A stretch of 64,000 nt of DNA, from positions 28,407-92,406 of the forward strand of contig CAVPOC010000013.1 in NCBI GenBank assembly GCA_963706955.1, given 5' to 3'. This DNA is from an uncultured Verrucomicrobiae bacterium. GTDB lineage: Bacteria > Verrucomicrobiota > Verrucomicrobiia > Chthoniobacterales > Terrimicrobiaceae. A program made the translations under genes and the position numbers. Below the pieces are notes generated by a model. That model worked only from the letters and a program-made list of their open reading frames with translations. It was not told where the DNA came from and made no database searches. Every line of letters begins with the position of its first letter. Positions within the stretch are counted from its first letter, which is position 1. Below, piece after piece: positions 28,819 through 39,740 of the stretch.

Positions 28819-30049
28819 ATGAATAAAGCATCCTCTTTTGTGCTCACTTTGGCCGCTGCGGTGGCTCTTCTTGCCTGTAAGCCAGCCCCGCCGCCCGCGC
28901 CTGCTGAGCCTGCTGGGACGCCTACGCCAGCCGCGACACCGACGGCAACGCCGACACCCGCACCGACGGCAACGCCGACACCTGCGCCGACGGCAACGGC
29001 AACTCCTGCCGAGACACCGCCTTCGACGCCGCCGCCATCTTCCGCCTCGACGCCTGCAGAGCCAACGCCATCGCCAACGGCCACACCAGCGGGAGCCGAT
29101 GGTTCGGCGAGTCTCGATCTCAAAGACCCGGTCGCCACCATCGATGGAGATAAGATTTCGAAAGCACAGCTTGACGAGGCCTTTGACAAAGCCGTCCAGA
29201 TGACTGGGATCAAAGCTGCGGATCTTACGCCCGAGCAAAAGCTCGAAGGCTACCGCCAAATACTCGATGAGCTGATCACGGAAAAGCTAGTGAACAAGGC
29301 CGCCGCGGGCATCACCGTGCCACCGGCCGACGTCGATGCACAGATTGCCAAAATCAAGGCCCAGTTTCCTTCCGATGAGGACTTCAGTAAACAGTTAGCG
29401 CAGGTTGGCCAAACTCCGGAGCAACTCACCGAAACGATTCAGGAAAATGTTGCAGCAACAGCGCTGGCTCGAAAGCCAGTTGGCAGGCAAGACCGAGGTC
29501 ACGGAGGAGGAGGCGAAGAAGTTCTACGAGGAGAACAAGACAGAGTTCACCCAGCCGGAGACGGTCAAGGCCAGCCACATCCTTTTTCGTGTTAACAAGG
29601 AAGATTCCGAGGATGTGTCCAATCAGAAGCTGAAAGCAGCTCAGGGGGCAGAGGCACGCGCCAAGAAAGGTGAGGACTTCACTGCTCTTGCCAAAGAGCT
29701 TTCCGAGGAGCCAGGTGCCAAGGAATCCGGTGGCGATCTCGGATTTTTTCCCAAAGATCGCATGGTCCCCGAATTCGCCGAAGTCGCCTTTAACGAAAAG
29801 GTCGGCGAAATTAGCGATCCCGTGCGCACTCAGTTCGGCTGGCATGTCATCAAAGTGACGGAGAAGAAGCCCGCAGGGACGCTGCCATACGATGAAGTGA
29901 AAACGCAGCTCCTGACCTATCTTAAGTCGAAGAAGCAGGAAGAGGCCGCGCAGGAGGTTTTGAAGTCACTCCGTGACTCTGCCAAGATTGAGAACACGCT
30001 TCCTCCGCCGGTGTCGTCTCCTTCCCCAAGCGCGCCTACCGGAGACTGA
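28819..30049 (+). CDS. PrsA/SurA-type parvulin peptidylprolyl isomerase lipoprotein, split by one frameshift near 29442
   Basis: Lipobox LLAC, PT-rich linker and SurA_N-like region in ORF 28762-29595. KASHIL, FTALAKELSE, GGDLGFF and TQFGWHVI lie in ORF 29405-30049. One extra base separates the two frames. Confidence 0.85.
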
Positions 30050-31023
30050 TGGCGCGTCCTGCAAGACAGAATGCAGGTGTCATCGGCTTGGGAATTATCG
30101 GCAGCCGGGTGGCCGCGAACTTACGCAAGGCGGGCTATCAGACGTGGGTTTGGAACCGCACGCCGCGTCCGGAGCCAAATTTTCTCTCGTCCGCCGCAGA
30201 GGTTGCCGAGTCGGCCAGGGTGGTTCAGATCTTTGTCTCCGACGGTCCTGCTTTGATCGAAACGATCGAAGCGATGGCGCCGGCGCTGGGTTCGGAACAT
30301 ATTATTCTTAACCATGCGACCATCGCTCCTAAAGAGACCCTCGAGGCTGCACGTTTGGTCACTGCCCGGAACGCCAATTATCTGGACGCACCTTTCACTG
30401 GCAGCCGAGATGCCGCCGAAGCTGGACAAATCGTCTTCTACATTGGTGGTGAGATCGGTGTGCTGGAGAGAGTTCGACCTTATCTCGAGGTCAATGCCAA
30501 GGCCATCCTCCAGATAGGCGAAGTGGGCCAGGCCGCGGCGATCAAGATCGCGACCAACCTGATGGCTGCCGTGGCGGTGGGTTCGTTCGCCGAAGCCATG
30601 TGCCTTCTCGCAAAGAGCGGCATCCCGCTCTACAAGCTTGGCGAAGCCCTCGAGCAGCACGCGCTTCACTCGCCGCTCGTCGATCTGAAAATGCCGCCAA
30701 TGATCACCGCGGATTTCGAGCCACGCTTTTCGCTTCGCCACATGTTCAAAGACGTCCAAATCGCACTCTCGATGGCAGAGGAATTCGGGGTCGAACTTCC
30801 CGAAACCGCTGCCTTCGCCGGCACGGCGATGGCCGGCATTCAAAAAGGCTGGGCCGATCTGGACTTTTCCAGCATCGCGCGGCACTACGGCTTTTCCCAT
30901 GAGGATAACGTGCTTCCGGACACGGTTTTTGTCTCCGCAAAAGCTAAGGCCGGTGAGGATGGCATGGGCGCTGCGGAAAAAGAGAAGAAGAAGGGATTTC
31001 TCTTCTTTGGACGTCGCTCGTGA
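30049..31023 (+). CDS. NAD(P)-dependent beta-hydroxyacid dehydrogenase family protein
   Basis: IGLGIIG, WNRT, LDAPFTGS, KIATN and F.PRFSL..MFKD. Confidence 0.9.
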   Translation: MARPARQNAGVIGLGIIGSRVAANLRKAGYQTWVWNRTPRPEPNFLSSAAEVAESARVVQIFVSDGPALIETIEAMAPALGSEHIILNHATIAPKETLEAARLVTARNANYLDAPFTGSRDAAEAGQIVFYIGGEIGVLERVRPYLEVNAKAILQIGEVGQAAAIKIATNLMAAVAVGSFAEAMCLLAKSGIPLYKLGEALEQHALHSPLVDLKMPPMITADFEPRFSLRHMFKDVQIALSMAEEFGVELPETAAFAGTAMAGIQKGWADLDFSSIARHYGFSHEDNVLPDTVFVSAKAKAGEDGMGAAEKEKKKGFLFFGRRS

Positions 31024-31923
31024 ATGTCGTGCTGGAGGAGAAAAGAACAGAACCTTTTGAGACGGACTGTTTGCGCGCGCTCCGCCGCGAGGGCGGCTTT
31101 TTCGTGTTGGGTGAACGCGCGCGCGTGCGGGTCACCGGTAGCCGACCGGCTTCGTTACCTGAATGGCCAGCTTAGTAACGACCTTCGCCGCCTCGTGCCT
31201 GGCGAAGCAATGCGAGCCCTACTTCTCACTGCGAAAGGAAAACTCTGTTCAGACGTTTTCGTCTGGATCGATGGAGAATCGCTCATTGTCGAGGCGGACG
31301 TCTCGCTCGAAGAAGCTCTTCTCGCGCGGCTCGAGCGCTACGCTGTTGCGGACGACGTCGCCTTCGAGTCGCTGACGCCCGTCGCTGAGCGTTGCCATGT
31401 GTTTGGCTCGGTCTCCGCGGGGAGGGATGGATTGCAAATTCGCCGCCTGGGTGTCGAGGGGCTTGACGTGACATCGCCTCCGAACGATTTGCGGGAAGCG
31501 GGAGCCGACGAGGTTGAATTACTGCGGATCGAACGTGGGCTTCCGCGCTGGGGCAGCGAGCTTTCCGAGGACACGCTGCCTCAGGAAGTTGGCCTCGATC
31601 GAATCGCAGTTGATTTTAACAAAGGTTGCTACGTTGGACAGGAGGTCGTCTCGCGCATCCATAGCGTCGGACGAGTCAATCGCCATCTTTGCGGATTTGT
31701 CGGGGACTTCGACCCTTCGCTTGCCGCAGCCGCCACTCTCGTGGATGCGGGTGGCCGGAAATCCGGACGCCTCACCAGCGCGAAGTTCCATCCTGAGTTG
31801 CGAAAGACCATCGCGCTCGGCTTTCTCCAAGGGCAGCCGGCCGAGTCGTCATTCGTGCTCCAAGATGAAAGTGGTACTTGCCTTGGCACGGCGGAACGTT
31901 CTCAATTTCCTCTTCTTCCCTAA
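31020..31923 (+). CDS. ygfZ: Folate-binding protein YgfZ, with one apparent frameshift at ~31140
   Basis: Signature KGCYVGQE. GTG 31020 gives ...RARVRVTG, and removing one A (GGT-A-GCC) joins it to ADRLRYLNGQLSND. Confidence 0.88.
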
Positions 31924-32528
31924 TGAAAAGACTGTTTTCTGCGCTCGTCCTTGTCTTCGTAACTTTGTCCTGCGGCGTCGCCGCCACGGTTGGGCCGGAG
32001 GTGGCCGTCATGCAAATCAAGATCGGGAAGGAACGAGATTTGCAGCAAGTCGTCATCGGTCTCTATGACGACGCGGCGCCAGCGACTGTGGCAAACTTCA
32101 AAGAGCTTTGTCGAAAACGCTTCTACAACGGCATGCGCTTTCACCGCGCCTTTCCCAGCACCCTGGTTCAAACCGGCGATCCGCAAAGTCGCCGTGGACC
32201 CGCAGATCGGTCCGGCACGGGTGGACCCGGCTTTACCATTCCCGCCGAACTCGGACGCAATCATGTTCGCGGGGCAGTGGCCATGGCGCGTCTGCCCGAC
32301 AACATCAATCCATCAAAAGTTTCTAATGGAAGCCAATTCTATGTCTGCCTCACTTCGATGCCGAAGCTCGATGGCAAGTATACGGTTTTTGGCGAGGTCC
32401 TCGAGGGATTGGACGTGCTTGATTCCATCAGCAACCAGCCTACCGACAGCAACGATTTCCCATTGGCAAAAATCGTGATAAAATCTATCACCATCCAGCC
32501 ACGTTTCGCCGAAGCGCCGCCCCAATAG
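31923..32528 (+). CDS. Cyclophilin-type peptidylprolyl isomerase, secreted
   Basis: Signal peptide, APATVANF, FYNGMRFHR, RGAVAMAR, GSQFYV and LDGKYTVFG. Confidence 0.92.
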   Translation: MKRLFSALVLVFVTLSCGVAATVGPEVAVMQIKIGKERDLQQVVIGLYDDAAPATVANFKELCRKRFYNGMRFHRAFPSTLVQTGDPQSRRGPADRSGTGGPGFTIPAELGRNHVRGAVAMARLPDNINPSKVSNGSQFYVCLTSMPKLDGKYTVFGEVLEGLDVLDSISNQPTDSNDFPLAKIVIKSITIQPRFAEAPPQ

Positions 32529-32560
32529 CCAAATGGCGTCCCCTGCGAAACCGAAGTGAC

Positions 32561-32643
32561 GGGTAGGTACCGAAGTGGCCAAACGGGGCGGACTGTAAAT
32601 CCGCTGGCTTACGCCTTCAGTGGTTCGAATCCACTCCTGCCCA
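32561..32643 (+). tRNA. tRNA-Tyr(GTA)
   Basis: GGGTAGGTACCGAAGTGGCCAAACGGGGCGGACT-GTA-AATCCGCTGGCTTACGCCTTCAGTGGTTCGAATCCACTCCTGCCCA. Confidence 0.97.
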
Positions 32644-32744
32644 TTACTCTGTAAAGCGCATAAATAAAGACTCTGCGGGCATTTCGCGCGTTTTTCTCTG
32701 CACTGCAAGAAGATGCACGGAAAAGCATCAAAATGGCTGTAATG

Positions 32745-32773
32745 TTGGCACCAAATTGGCACCAATTTGGCGC
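32745..32773 (+). promoter_or_regulatory. Putative integrase arm-type sites (left end)
   Basis: Tandem TTGGCACCAAA units. The 19-mer TTGGCACCAAATTGGCACC is repeated exactly at 42839-42857. Confidence 0.65.
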
Positions 32774-32831
32774 ACTAGGTTGGAACCAGACTACCTTGCA
32801 TTCGGGGTTGCGCTGGGTAAAAGGGAACCGA

Positions 32832-33359
32832 GTGAGTTCAAAACAATTAAAGGAAGACCGTGAGAAGGCCATCGGCAATCAGCTGTTGAAAGCGCTCAAG
32901 TTGGACGGCAAGCTTCTCCGCCACGGCAAGGATGGCATTGAACCCGACTTGATATACTGACTCGAAGGCAAAACTCTCGGGATTGAGATCAGCACCGCAC
33001 ACTACGACGAAGGCACGGCCAGCGTTGAGTTTAAGATGGCGCGTGGGGAGATAAAACCGGACCCTCCGCGTTGGGTGCTGCTAGGTGTGCCAAATGAACC
33101 GGATAAAGTCATGGTCTCCCGCGTCCAACGGGAACTTGATGACAAGTGCGAGAAGCACTATTCGGGAGTGGATGCAGCATGGTTGTGTATCGAACAGCGT
33201 GCCCACCTCTCGACGGTCGCGGACACTGAAAAACTGATTGCCGCTATCAAAGTTCCCAATAATGAATTTGAGCGAATCTACCTCGTTTTTAACGCCCCCA
33301 TGAACGACGGAGGAGGTTTTCGCGTCTTCCTGCTATCCCGAAAAAGGCGGTCGCGGTGA
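32832..33359 (+). pseudogene. PD-(D/E)XK nuclease-like gene with an in-frame TGA at 32958-32960
   Basis: ORFs 32733-32960 and 33036-33359 share a frame. Read-through gives EPDLIY*LEGKTLGIEIST. Confidence 0.6.
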
Positions 33360-33747
33360 TAAAGCACCAACTGAAACAAGAGCCGCCCTGGTTCGCCTCG
33401 GCGGGCTTTTTGCCTCTTCCCGTCCGCGGCCTCACTCTTGAATACGTAGAAGGTGCTTCTGCTCCTGCAGGCTTGATGCGGAGCTCCTTTTTGCGTATCC
33501 TAGGATTCCATGAGGGCACGGATCGGCCTTGTCGCTGCAGTGGCGTTGACGATGCTGAGCTGCACTACACCGACATCTACACCCGCGCCCGAAACAACAC
33601 AGCAGCGCGCGGAGTGGGAGGCGTGTGCAAGCGTGGAACAGCACATGAGTAGTCCGATGAGTCGACAGTGACGGGGCGACTGCAGTCAGTGCTCTGCCAA
33701 AAGATGGTCTGACTTGACTCTGTTTTGCATATTCTGCGCGGCGATAT

Positions 33748-33975
33748 TATTCATGAATCCGCAGCAAGTGCTCCCAGGCGCGAAAGTCGCCGTTGAATCC
33801 CAAGCTTTGCGCATCTGGTAGCTTGAGATAACCTCGCGCTCGATAGCCTTGTTGCCCTTATTCGGTCGTTCGGAGATACGTCGATATTGTTGACGGGATA
33901 GGTAAGGTGCGCGGCAAACTTGTCTCTTTCGAGGGCTTCGAGAAGCGCGAGCAAGTTAGCGATCAAGGCGAGAGG
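33748..33975 (-). pseudogene. Degenerate copy of the small 'GFNGDFRAWEHLLRIH' protein family
   Basis: DNA similarity to 34365-34630 and 44502-44768. Fragments DKFAAHL, ERPNKGNKAIEREVISS and WEHLLRIHE lie in shifting frames. Confidence 0.75.
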
Positions 33976-33976
33976 A

Positions 33977-34273
33977 TTATTCCCCCAACTTCGTGCCAAA
34001 CACATGCTTACTGTCGTTGTATCGGAACCAGTTTAGCTTGTTAAGCGCCGCCATGTAATCTTGGACCGCCTCTATGTTCGGGAACTCCTCCACCCCGGAA
34101 ACCGACCATTGATCCGAGGACCAACTTGAGTCGATGAGGATCAGCTTCTTACCGCCTACTTTCTCAAAAGCCTCGTCAAGCTTGGCTATCAGCCTCTTCT
34201 GCTCTTCCTCGGATAACTGATACCAGGCGTCCAATTTCTTGGAAACAAATTGCTTATAAATTGGTTTAGACAT
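33977..34273 (-). CDS. Hypothetical 98-aa protein, probable dimeric alpha-beta barrel
   Basis: AWYQLSEEEQ...GVEEFPNIEAVQ...WFRY, with an upstream GAGGAGG RBS. Confidence 0.75.
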   Translation of the reverse strand: MSKPIYKQFVSKKLDAWYQLSEEEQKRLIAKLDEAFEKVGGKKLILIDSSWSSDQWSVSGVEEFPNIEAVQDYMAALNKLNWFRYNDSKHVFGTKLGE

Positions 34274-34364
34274 TTTCCAGAACCTCCTCTTCGTAAGCTA
34301 CGAATCACAAAAGCGGCAGTCAAAGCATGACTGGCTTGGCTCTTGCACCTCGCATTTTGCTTCT

Positions 34365-34630
34365 TCATTCGTGAATCCGCAGCAAGTGCTCCCAAGCGCG
34401 GAAGTCACCGTTGAATCCCAAGCTCTGCGCCACCTGGAAGCTTGCGATTACTTCGCGCTCAATGGCCTTGTTTCCCTTGTTCGGGCGCTCGCAGACTAGC
34501 CGATATTGCTTTCGGGCTTGGTAGAGGTGAGCGACGAACTTGTCGTGCTCGCTGGCTTGCAATTGCTACAGCAGTGCTGCACGTCTGTTGAATCTGGGTG
34601 AGTTTCTCGATGAACGTCGCCACGGTCCAT
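34365..34630 (-). pseudogene. Frameshifted copy of the small 'GFNGDFRAWEHLLRIH' protein family
   Basis: MDR-ATFIEKLTQIQQ...LQASEHDKFVAHLYQARKQYRLVCERPNKGNKAIERE...GFNGDFRAWEHLLRIHE. Confidence 0.8.
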
Positions 34631-34643
34631 CGAGTGCTAAAGC

Positions 34644-35202
34644 TTAGCGAATTGCCAGTCGGCGCCGATTTGCCAGGACGAGAATCAGAAATGCCGATCC
34701 CAGGAGTATCGCCGTGTTGCCATTGTCAGGAACTGAAGCGCTCGAACTAAGCTGTTGGATAGTTGCTTTGACGATGGCCGAGCGTGTTCACGGCACCCGA
34801 AGGGCTGCTCAGGGTAAGCGTAAAGCTGCGATCGGAAGTTATCGCCGTGGAGAAAAGATGAAAGAAAGACGTTAAAAACTGACCTCCCGGCGCCCCGGTT
34901 ACAGAACCCTTGAACATTGTCCTATAGTCGGGATCAGAAAAAAGAAAATTGGACCCGAGATGTTTGAGAACCGGTAGACCCGCTCGACGTGATTGAAAAG
35001 AAGTCCAAAGTTTTTCTTGCAAATCATCCAGAACAAAGGTCGAAGGCTCAGGCAAAACGGTGATACTGAATGGACCGGCTGAAAAGAAGGGTAGACTAGC
35101 GTCCCAATCAAGGATCGTGTAGCTCAGCGGGACGGCAGGGGCCTTTTGAAGGCTAGCGGCAAAGAGTGACATTAAAGCAGCGACAATCAATTTATGATTC
35201 AT
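34644..35202 (-). CDS. Secreted protein with a VPDSG-CTERM-like sorting tail, frameshifted near 34785
   Basis: Signal peptide in ORF 34747-35202. The shifted frame ends SASVPDNGNTAILLGSAFLILVLANRRRLAIR*. Confidence 0.7.
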
Positions 35203-35789
35203 GAGCGGCGAACTAGATCACCGGACATGCAAGCTGTAAAGCTCTACATCCGCAAAATTCTTCGCCTAGAATATAACTCACTCAAGAATAGAAACTTGGA
35301 TAGCGAAATTTTTTGGCTGCTTAGCCGAACCAATTGGACGAGACATCTTCAGCCTGCTCCATCTTCCCGAAAATGCCGCGTTTGGCGCTAATATAAGCTA
35401 GTATTCTTAAGTCCGCTAGCTTTCGGGTGAGGGCAAAATTGCTAATGCGAGAGCGACAATAGTGCCAACGATCACTACGAGAATGATGGCGATGACTACT
35501 AAGAGTACGCATAATGCTATCGGTACGCGCGCGTGGAACTTTAGTAATCTTGATTCTCCGCGTATTCAAGTTCGCGCTGCAACTCCAGCCAGCTCACCCA
35601 ATCTTCGCGACGCATCGGGTTGGGCAGCTCCTCTTCTTGCATCGGTCGCTCCGCTGCCTCTGTGGGCCGTCGCTGTCTGCGGCCAAAGAATCTGCCGCGC
35701 TTGGCTGCTTTGCCACTCATCCGATCTAAGGGGGAACTTGGCCGGCCCCGCTGGATACGCCGAAAGACCAGCGGAGTCGACGCAAAATG

Positions 35790-36462
35790 TTAGGATGGCC
35801 AGCTAAAGGGCGTGTGCTCTTCGTTGGTGAGGAAGAACCGGGTCGCGCCGATCGCGTTGATCGGCTGGAGCTCAAACAGAACCTTCTCAATCTTAATTCG
35901 GCAGCTCCACAAAGCGCGGCAGACGCTGTCATCGTGCAACAGCCAAACGTCCGCACGCGGAGAATTAATACTCACCCGCGAGTCGTCACGAATTTGCAAT
36001 CCATTGACTTCGAGCCTGCTACTCTGCGGCGACGGCTGCTTGAGCAAGCGACTCCGAATAATTTACCAGCACGCGCCTAAGCACGGGCGCTATTAGCTCC
36101 ATTGCCTCTTGCTGCAGTTCAGCCAGCCGCGTCTGCGCTGCGACGTATTTGTCAGGATCAGCTGCTCGGATTTTGCGGCGCATCATCTCTCCCTCAAAGC
36201 CGCCAGCGCTGGCGGACACGCTAGCAAGCTTGCCCAGGGCCTCACTCATTCCGCTGATGTCGTTCACGGCCGCAATCTCTTCCTGTTCGCGATAGGCAGC
36301 AACGAGCGCAATGGCTTGCTCGCGCTCCTGTGGGGTCCCAATGGCCTGGCAGCGGTCGCGTCCAGGTATGCCGCCGGGTGGCACGAAATTCCAGCTCCAT
36401 GGCAACGGAGCGGAAACAAAAGGCGTCTTGGGTTGTTTAGATGTGGCTTGTGTCTTAGTCAT
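35790..36462 (-). CDS. Element hypothetical protein, probably one gene split near 36020
   Basis: ORFs 36019-36462 and 35790-36047 overlap. Removing one base joins AAVAAE to SRLEVNGL. Confidence 0.55.
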
Positions 36463-36694
36463 TCTGATTGTCTTTTGTGGAGTTAAAAACTTCGTTCATT
36501 TTTTCATGGACGGTTCGTGACGCCATGCTGGCTTGATCGAGTCGATAGACCAGCAATCGCAGGTTCTGGCACTTCACCACTTCGCGATTCGCCATTAAGC
36601 GCTTCAGGTCATCAGCGCAGCCCTCGATTAGCGCGACGACGCCGGCAACCGTGGCCGACTCATCGCCCTGGATGAGTTCTTCAGCTTCAGTCAT
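36455..36694 (-). CDS. Element hypothetical protein (79 aa)
   Basis: Start and stop overlap the neighbouring genes in a co-oriented operon. Confidence 0.6.
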   Translation of the reverse strand: MTEAEELIQGDESATVAGVVALIEGCADDLKRLMANREVVKCQNLRLLVYRLDQASMASRTVHEKMNEVFNSTKDNQND

Positions 36695-37592
36695 TACCGC
36701 TGACGTCCGTTTTGCGCGCGCCAGATGGCATCTTTATTTGCACGGTAAAATTCTGTCTGAGCTTCCCCATCAAGAGAGTTAAGCCTCTCAAGGACGTCGA
36801 CCGACTCACCGCCCGCGCCCGACGGCATGGGAACGATAGTCTGCGCAGCCGCAAGGCCATAAGAACGCTCAAGCGCGCTCAGGAGAAACTTAGTCCGAGC
36901 CAAAGCGTTCCTGGCGTCGTCGCGCTCCTTCGTGCGAGCGACAAGCTCTACATTGAGCGTGCGAACGGACGCCCGCAGTCCTGCCATGGTATTAGGCACT
37001 GCCGCTTCGGCCTCCGGTTCGTTCTGCTCAAGCAGATCCGCCGGGACGTGCTCAAACTTGGCAAGGTATTCAACAGGGATAGCGCTGTTCATCTTGCCGA
37101 AGGCATTTGTTGCCAGACCAATCGCGACAGCTTCGTCGGCACTGAACCATGTTTCGTCAGCCATCAACTGCGCGATACGGTCCTCTGGCAGACCTGTGGC
37201 TTGAGGTGTACACGCCAACAAGATCCTTCTCCAGACTGTCTAGCAGATCGGCGCTCTTCCGCAGGTCGTTAGCCTCGCCCGATATGTTGCCAACCCACGG
37301 GCGGTGAATCATCGTGCGGCTTCCGTTCGCCACGGTGCGCTTGGTGCCAAGAGCGAAAATGACGCTCGCCATGCTTGCGGCCAAGGATTCGTTGAACGTA
37401 TGCACTTCGCCGCTACGCTCGCGCAGAGCGGTGATGATCCGCTGGCCGGCGAAGATGCTGCCGCCGGGGGAAGCAATACGCAGTTCAATTGTTTGGTTAA
37501 GGGGAACGGCTAGCAATCTGGTCAACGAGCAGAGCGGCTGACGCGTCGCTAATCTCTCCGATGAGTCTAAGGGATGATTTGTTGGATATCAT
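36694..37592 (-). pseudogene. ClpP-like (S14) phage head maturation protease with a C-terminal scaffold-like extension, two frameshifts
   Basis: ATG 37592 gives LRLIGEI, then IASPGGS, LAASMAS, MIHRP and ETWFSADEAVAIGLA across three frames (shifts ~37513 and ~37220). Confidence 0.8.
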
Positions 37593-37603
37593 GTTAGTGA
37601 TAG

Positions 37604-38047
37604 TTAATGAGTGAAACTCTGCGGGTCAAAAACGTTCGCTAACTCTAGGAAGTAGCTAATGGTAGCGTACCTTACAGCGGGTTGACCATGGTGAAGTTTC
37701 AACAGCGGCTTGCAGTGTCCCCTCACCTCTTTAGCAACCTGAAAAACCCTTCTAGGGCTCACCTTCATGCGAAAGGCAATGTCGTCAACAGAGGGTTCTC
37801 CGAAGACCACGTGCTGCACTACCAGCATCCTTAGCTTGGCAGCAGCAGGAGTTCGGGACCACGCCGCCATGTTTTCCATAAGCTTCATCGCAAGCCTGGC
37901 ACTTTCCAACTCGAGGATGTCGAGCGTCTGCCCCATGATCTCCGGATTATCTACGCCGGGAAATGTGTCAGGCGGTCCATCGACCGGATAAACGAAACCG
38001 ACCTTCGGCCCGTGAGTCTCCTCGTAGAATGATTCCTGCTCGTTCAT
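37604..38047 (-). CDS. Hypothetical protein with a C-terminal HTH-like segment
   Basis: SVDDIAFRMKVSPRRVFQV. The ATG overlaps the upstream stop. Confidence 0.6.
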   Translation of the reverse strand: MNEQESFYEETHGPKVGFVYPVDGPPDTFPGVDNPEIMGQTLDILELESARLAMKLMENMAAWSRTPAAAKLRMLVVQHVVFGEPSVDDIAFRMKVSPRRVFQVAKEVRGHCKPLLKLHHGQPAVRYATISYFLELANVFDPQSFTH

Positions 38048-38347
38048 AAGCGCGACGTCCACCCTTGTTCGCGGTTTTGTTCAACCTTGGCGCGCAGGGT
38101 CTCGTAAATAAATTGTTGCTCATTCTTTGGAAGCGTGCCCCAATTCTCCCCAAGAAGCTTCGCGGTTTTCGCCTTCATTAAATACTTCAGAGAGCCTTTC
38201 CCTTCCGCCCACATCCTCCGCGCAGTGCCCTCAGACACGAGATGGTTGGCCGCAATGTGCAATATCTGGCAGGTCTTTTGGAGGTTGCGGGGCCGACCGG
38301 AGCCATTTCGAGCGCCGCCAGCGTTTTGATGTTTGATTCTTGCTCAT
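38044..38347 (-). CDS. Hypothetical protein with a GGARxGxGRP motif (start out of frame by one base)
   Basis: ATG 38347 gives MSKNQTSKR, then the shifted frame GGARNGSGRPRNLQKT continues into ORF 38044-38262. Confidence 0.45.
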
Positions 38348-38553
38348 AGATTTTTTTGCATCTCACTCTTACTCTTTGAGAATTCGGGCAACCGAGCCGG
38401 AATGAAGTCGCGAATAGATTCCTTTTTAGTTTTTTGGCGGGGCGGAGGGGGCTTAGGTGGCCAATCGTCAGGAATTCTCGGATCTGGCTTAGGGTTTGGT
38501 ATCGGTTCGCCCGTTCCCGGGTCTATCGGTTTGTTTGCTTGCATAAGTGTCAT
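38344..38553 (-). CDS. Proline-rich hypothetical protein (69 aa)
   Basis: ATGA overlap with the helicase stop. Confidence 0.5.
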   Translation of the reverse strand: MTLMQANKPIDPGTGEPIPNPKPDPRIPDDWPPKPPPPRQKTKKESIRDFIPARLPEFSKSKSEMQKNL

Positions 38554-39740
38554 TCTTCGAATCGTCCGAGTTCACCGCGCAGTGTGACAGGGATTGACAC
38601 GTCTCGCGGGCCTCTGCGGTTTTTGTTGATTACTAAGGCGTCCCCTGAGATATGGACGACGATGTCTGCATGGTGACCGATGGCCCGCGATTCACGCAGG
38701 CGCCCGTCCTCGTTCAACTGTGAGGCTGTAAGGACAGCGCATTGGCCCGAGAGGGCTAGGTTCTTAAATTTCCGCGCCACCTCGGCAACGCACGCCTCTC
38801 TTGTTTCTGCTCCCGAGTTCTCAACGAGTTGCACGTAGTCAACGATGACAACATCGGCTTTCTTGGTGCGGATAAGACGCCTTGCCTCTGCCTCGATGGC
38901 AGCAAGGCTTGCAAGCTTGTCGATGATTGTCAGGGGCATTGAGTAGAGCGAATTGATTGCAGCGCTGAGTGCGTCCATCTCCCGTGCGGTTGGTTTTTCG
39001 CGAATGCTCTTGATCCGAAGGCCCGCCAGATTGGCCGCCATTCGCTTTAGGACGTCCGTGGCGGGCATTTCGAGCGAGAAGAACGCTACTGCCTTACCCG
39101 CCTGCAAACACGGCAGCGCGTTTTGCGTGAGCAGAATGCTTTTGCCTCCCGATGTCTCGCCAGCCACAACGAATAGTTCGCCGCGATGAATGCCACCATC
39201 GAGGGCGAGGTCTAAGCTCGTCAGTCCGGTTGAGAATACTTCGCGTGGCTCCGTGCGTTCAAGGTCTGCGAGCAGTCTATCGAGGTATTGCTTAAGCGTG
39301 GGACGCTCGATAGTCTCTGGCCCCTGTGCAGCACTGGCGACCTTGTCGGAGAATTCACCGGGGCCGAGTCGCATCTGCTCAAGATCCTTGAGATTGTCAT
39401 GGACAGCCTGCACCGTCTCGCGGGCGACATGGGCGTGGACGAGTTTGTCGCGATAAAATGGAATCAGGCGAGGATTGGCTGCGGGGAGGGTCGAAAGAAT
39501 TTCGCTTAGTGTCCCTGGTCCCCCCACCAATACGAGTTTGCCATTAGCCTCCAATCTGCACGTGAGCGCGATTTCGTCGGTGGGGTGTCCCTCCGTGGCG
39601 GCTTGTTCGATTTCAGCGAAGATGATTCGATGCGACGGGTGGTGAAAGAATTCTGGCTTGAAGTCGGCCACGCATTCCGGGCTGTGAAGTAGGAGCGAGA
39701 GAGCTGATCTCTCGGCCGTTTGGTTTTGGGGCAGGCTCAT
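38550..39740 (-). CDS. DnaB-like replicative helicase (element-encoded)
   Basis: DnaB_N (PQNQTAERSAL, F..PSHRIIF), Walker A GETSGGKS, FFSLEM, IVDYVQL, ASQLN, LRESRAIGHHAD and KNRRG. Confidence 0.92.
   Translation of the reverse strand: MSLPQNQTAERSALSLLLHSPECVADFKPEFFHHPSHRIIFAEIEQAATEGHPTDEIALTCRLEANGKLVLVGGPGTLSEILSTLPAANPRLIPFYRDKLVHAHVARETVQAVHDNLKDLEQMRLGPGEFSDKVASAAQGPETIERPTLKQYLDRLLADLERTEPREVFSTGLTSLDLALDGGIHRGELFVVAGETSGGKSILLTQNALPCLQAGKAVAFFSLEMPATDVLKRMAANLAGLRIKSIREKPTAREMDALSAAINSLYSMPLTIIDKLASLAAIEAEARRLIRTKKADVVIVDYVQLVENSGAETREACVAEVARKFKNLALSGQCAVLTASQLNEDGRLRESRAIGHHADIVVHISGDALVINKNRRGPRDVSIPVTLRGELGRFEE

Noticed and set aside
28915..29095. Tandem DNA repeat
   Set aside because: It encodes the Pro/Thr/Ala linker of the PPIase lipoprotein.
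32958..32960. Selenocysteine or recoded TGA (also 60326-60328)
   Set aside because: The positions are not Cys/redox-like, TGA is a normal stop in many genes here, and I see no convincing SECIS. Nonsense mutation is simpler.
35420..35530. Strongly hydrophobic minus-strand peptide (IALCVLLVVIAIILVVIVG...), possible holin or toxin
   Set aside because: No in-frame start codon before the upstream stop, so it cannot be supported as a gene.
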